Shown here: positions 33,711 through 34,607 of the stretch, piece by piece
Numbering within the stretch: position 1 is the first letter of the stretch
Layout: the number at the start of each line of letters is the position of its first letter
From: Pseudomonadota bacterium
GTDB taxonomy: Bacteria > Desulfobacterota > GWC2-55-46 > JADFVP01
DNA: 34,607 nucleotides
Assembly (NCBI GenBank): GCA_015222595.1
Contig: JADFVP010000068.1
Coordinates: forward strand, 1 to 34,607
Direction of reading: 5' to 3'
Position numbers and translations under genes: made by a program
Notes under the pieces: model-generated
What the model was told of the DNA's origin: nothing
Seen by the model: the letters and a program-made list of their open reading frames with translations, nothing else
Database searches by the model: none

Positions 33711-34607
33711 TTAACAGCTATGTTTTAGCTCTTCGAGCCGCTTAAGGTACTGTTCGCGTACCTTTTTCGACAGTGCCTTGTAGTCGTCGAGAAGCGCCAT
33801 GCCGAGGCCCGGCCCTTTGGCCCCGCTCTGGTGGTAGCCGGAGCTTTTGGCAAGCGTATCAAGCTCATCGGTCTTGGCCGTTAGAAACCCTTCGGCCCTG
33901 TCGTGTACAATCCGGAGACGAGTCTCCAGGAGCCTGTAAAAGAGATAGGTCTCCTTTAGGAATTCGTACTCGACATAAGGTATCTTTTCCGCTTCTGCAA
34001 GAGCTAAAAGCGCGCCGAGCGTCTCCGGGGTTACTGCTTCGGGTACTTCGGAGCCGAACCCGAGCTGCATGGCCTGGGTCAAAAACTCTATATCGATAAG
34101 ACCGCCGGAGCCCGACTTTAAGTTGAAGCGCGTGGCGCTCTCTTTAGCAATTTCACACTCCATGCGCTCTCTAATTCTAAGCATCTCCGAAATATCTTTA
34201 TCTGTCAAGGGCTTTGAGTAAAGAGCTTTGTTGACCTCGTCGAGCACCCGGTTGCCGAACTCGACGTCTCCGGCAACCACGCGCGCTCTTGTCATCGCTT
34301 GACGCTCCCAGACGGCGGTCTCGCCCGTGTGGTACTTTACAAAAGAGGCGCCGGTAACGGCCAGAGGCCCGGCGTTGCCAGAAGGCCTAAGGCGAGTGTC
34401 GACCGGAAAGACGATGCCTTCGCGCGTTCTGAGCGTCAGTATGCTTACGACCCTCTGGCTCAGTTTGGCGAAGTACTCGTGGTTGGATATTTCTTTGGGC
34501 CCGTCGGTGGTAAAGCGGCCCCTCGTGCCGTCGCCGTCGCCGCTACCGGTGTCGTCGTCCGTAGTCGTAGCAACTTCGGTCGGTACGGAGTAGAGAAAGA
34601 TAATATC
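33711..34607 (-). CDS. glnE: glutamine synthetase adenylyltransferase/adenylyl-removing enzyme GlnE, C-terminal 298 residues; gene runs off the window end
   Basis: The reading frame is open from 34607. My translation is DIIFLYS...HEYFAKLSQRV...VDTRLRPSGNAGPLAVT...WERQAMTRARVVAGD...GGLIDIEF. These are GlnE nucleotidyltransferase-domain hallmarks. The track lists only the part from the internal Met at 34295. Confidence 0.85.
   Translation of the reverse strand, partial: DIIFLYSVPTEVATTTDDDTGSGDGDGTRGRFTTDGPKEISNHEYFAKLSQRVVSILTLRTREGIVFPVDTRLRPSGNAGPLAVTGASFVKYHTGETAVWERQAMTRARVVAGDVEFGNRVLDEVNKALYSKPLTDKDISEMLRIRERMECEIAKESATRFNLKSGSGGLIDIEFLTQAMQLGFGSEVPEAVTPETLGALLALAEAEKIPYVEYEFLKETYLFYRLLETRLRIVHDRAEGFLTAKTDELDTLAKSSGYHQSGAKGPGLGMALLDDYKALSKKVREQYLKRLEELKHSC

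Noticed and set aside
34518-34574. Thr/Asp/Gly-rich insertion (VATTTDDDTGSGDGDGTRG) in GlnE after the DIIFLY motif
   Set aside because: Most simply a lineage-specific surface-loop expansion in a variable region of GlnE. There is no repeat structure at DNA level and no evidence of separate function.
1-34607. Whole-window search by eye for CRISPR arrays, tRNA/rRNA/tmRNA genes, IS or transposase ends, integrases, toxin-antitoxin pairs and known defence genes
   Set aside because: None found. Every ORF over 100 aa that is not a shadow frame is accounted for by housekeeping, envelope or regulatory functions. The only repeats seen are the short ones listed above.

Overview
Mostly housekeeping chromosomal DNA from a diderm bacterium (long periplasmic-domain YidC, AsmA, MltG, PEP-CTERM sorting signal, ubiquinone genes). 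It spans the replication-initiation neighbourhood. I found no tRNA, rRNA, CRISPR array, transposase or integrase.

Gene blocks, left to right:
1. Minus-strand envelope-glycan block: sigma-54-type promoter, PEP-CTERM protein, terminator, leaderless MarR-like wHTH regulator, rfbA (long form), rfbC, rfbD, rfbB, ABC-2 permease, ABC ATPase (truncated at the window start).
2. ruvX-mltG-asmA, minus strand.
3. An AT-rich 636-bp spacer followed by a lone phage-CI-type HTH gene.
4. ubiC-ubiA-ubiD-ubiG-phzF operon, plus strand.
5. pyrE-pyrF, an FmdE-like gene, fbp, a minimal cation-efflux membrane protein, and a CBS-pair gene coupled to a cation:proton antiporter.
6. dnaA-dnaN-rpmH-rnpA-yidD-yidC-mnmE, all co-directional on the minus strand. 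This is non-canonical, because rpmH normally diverges from dnaA.
7. An 874-aa multidomain protein directly upstream of dnaA, then the 3' part of glnE running off the window end.

Most interesting observations:
- The unusual PATAN/DUF4388-TPR-GspA/ExeA-like ATPase with an acidic linker and a C-terminal tail anchor.
- The origin-region architecture: DnaA boxes on both sides of dnaA, and a low-GC trough over rnpA-dnaA.
- Two perfect TGTTCA-N5-TGAACA palindromes bracketing a leaderless promoter.
- A sigma-54 promoter plus leader hairpin in front of the PEP-CTERM gene.

I do not see a clear-cut defence or mobile system. Novelty claims here are architecture or regulation hypotheses that need database searches.
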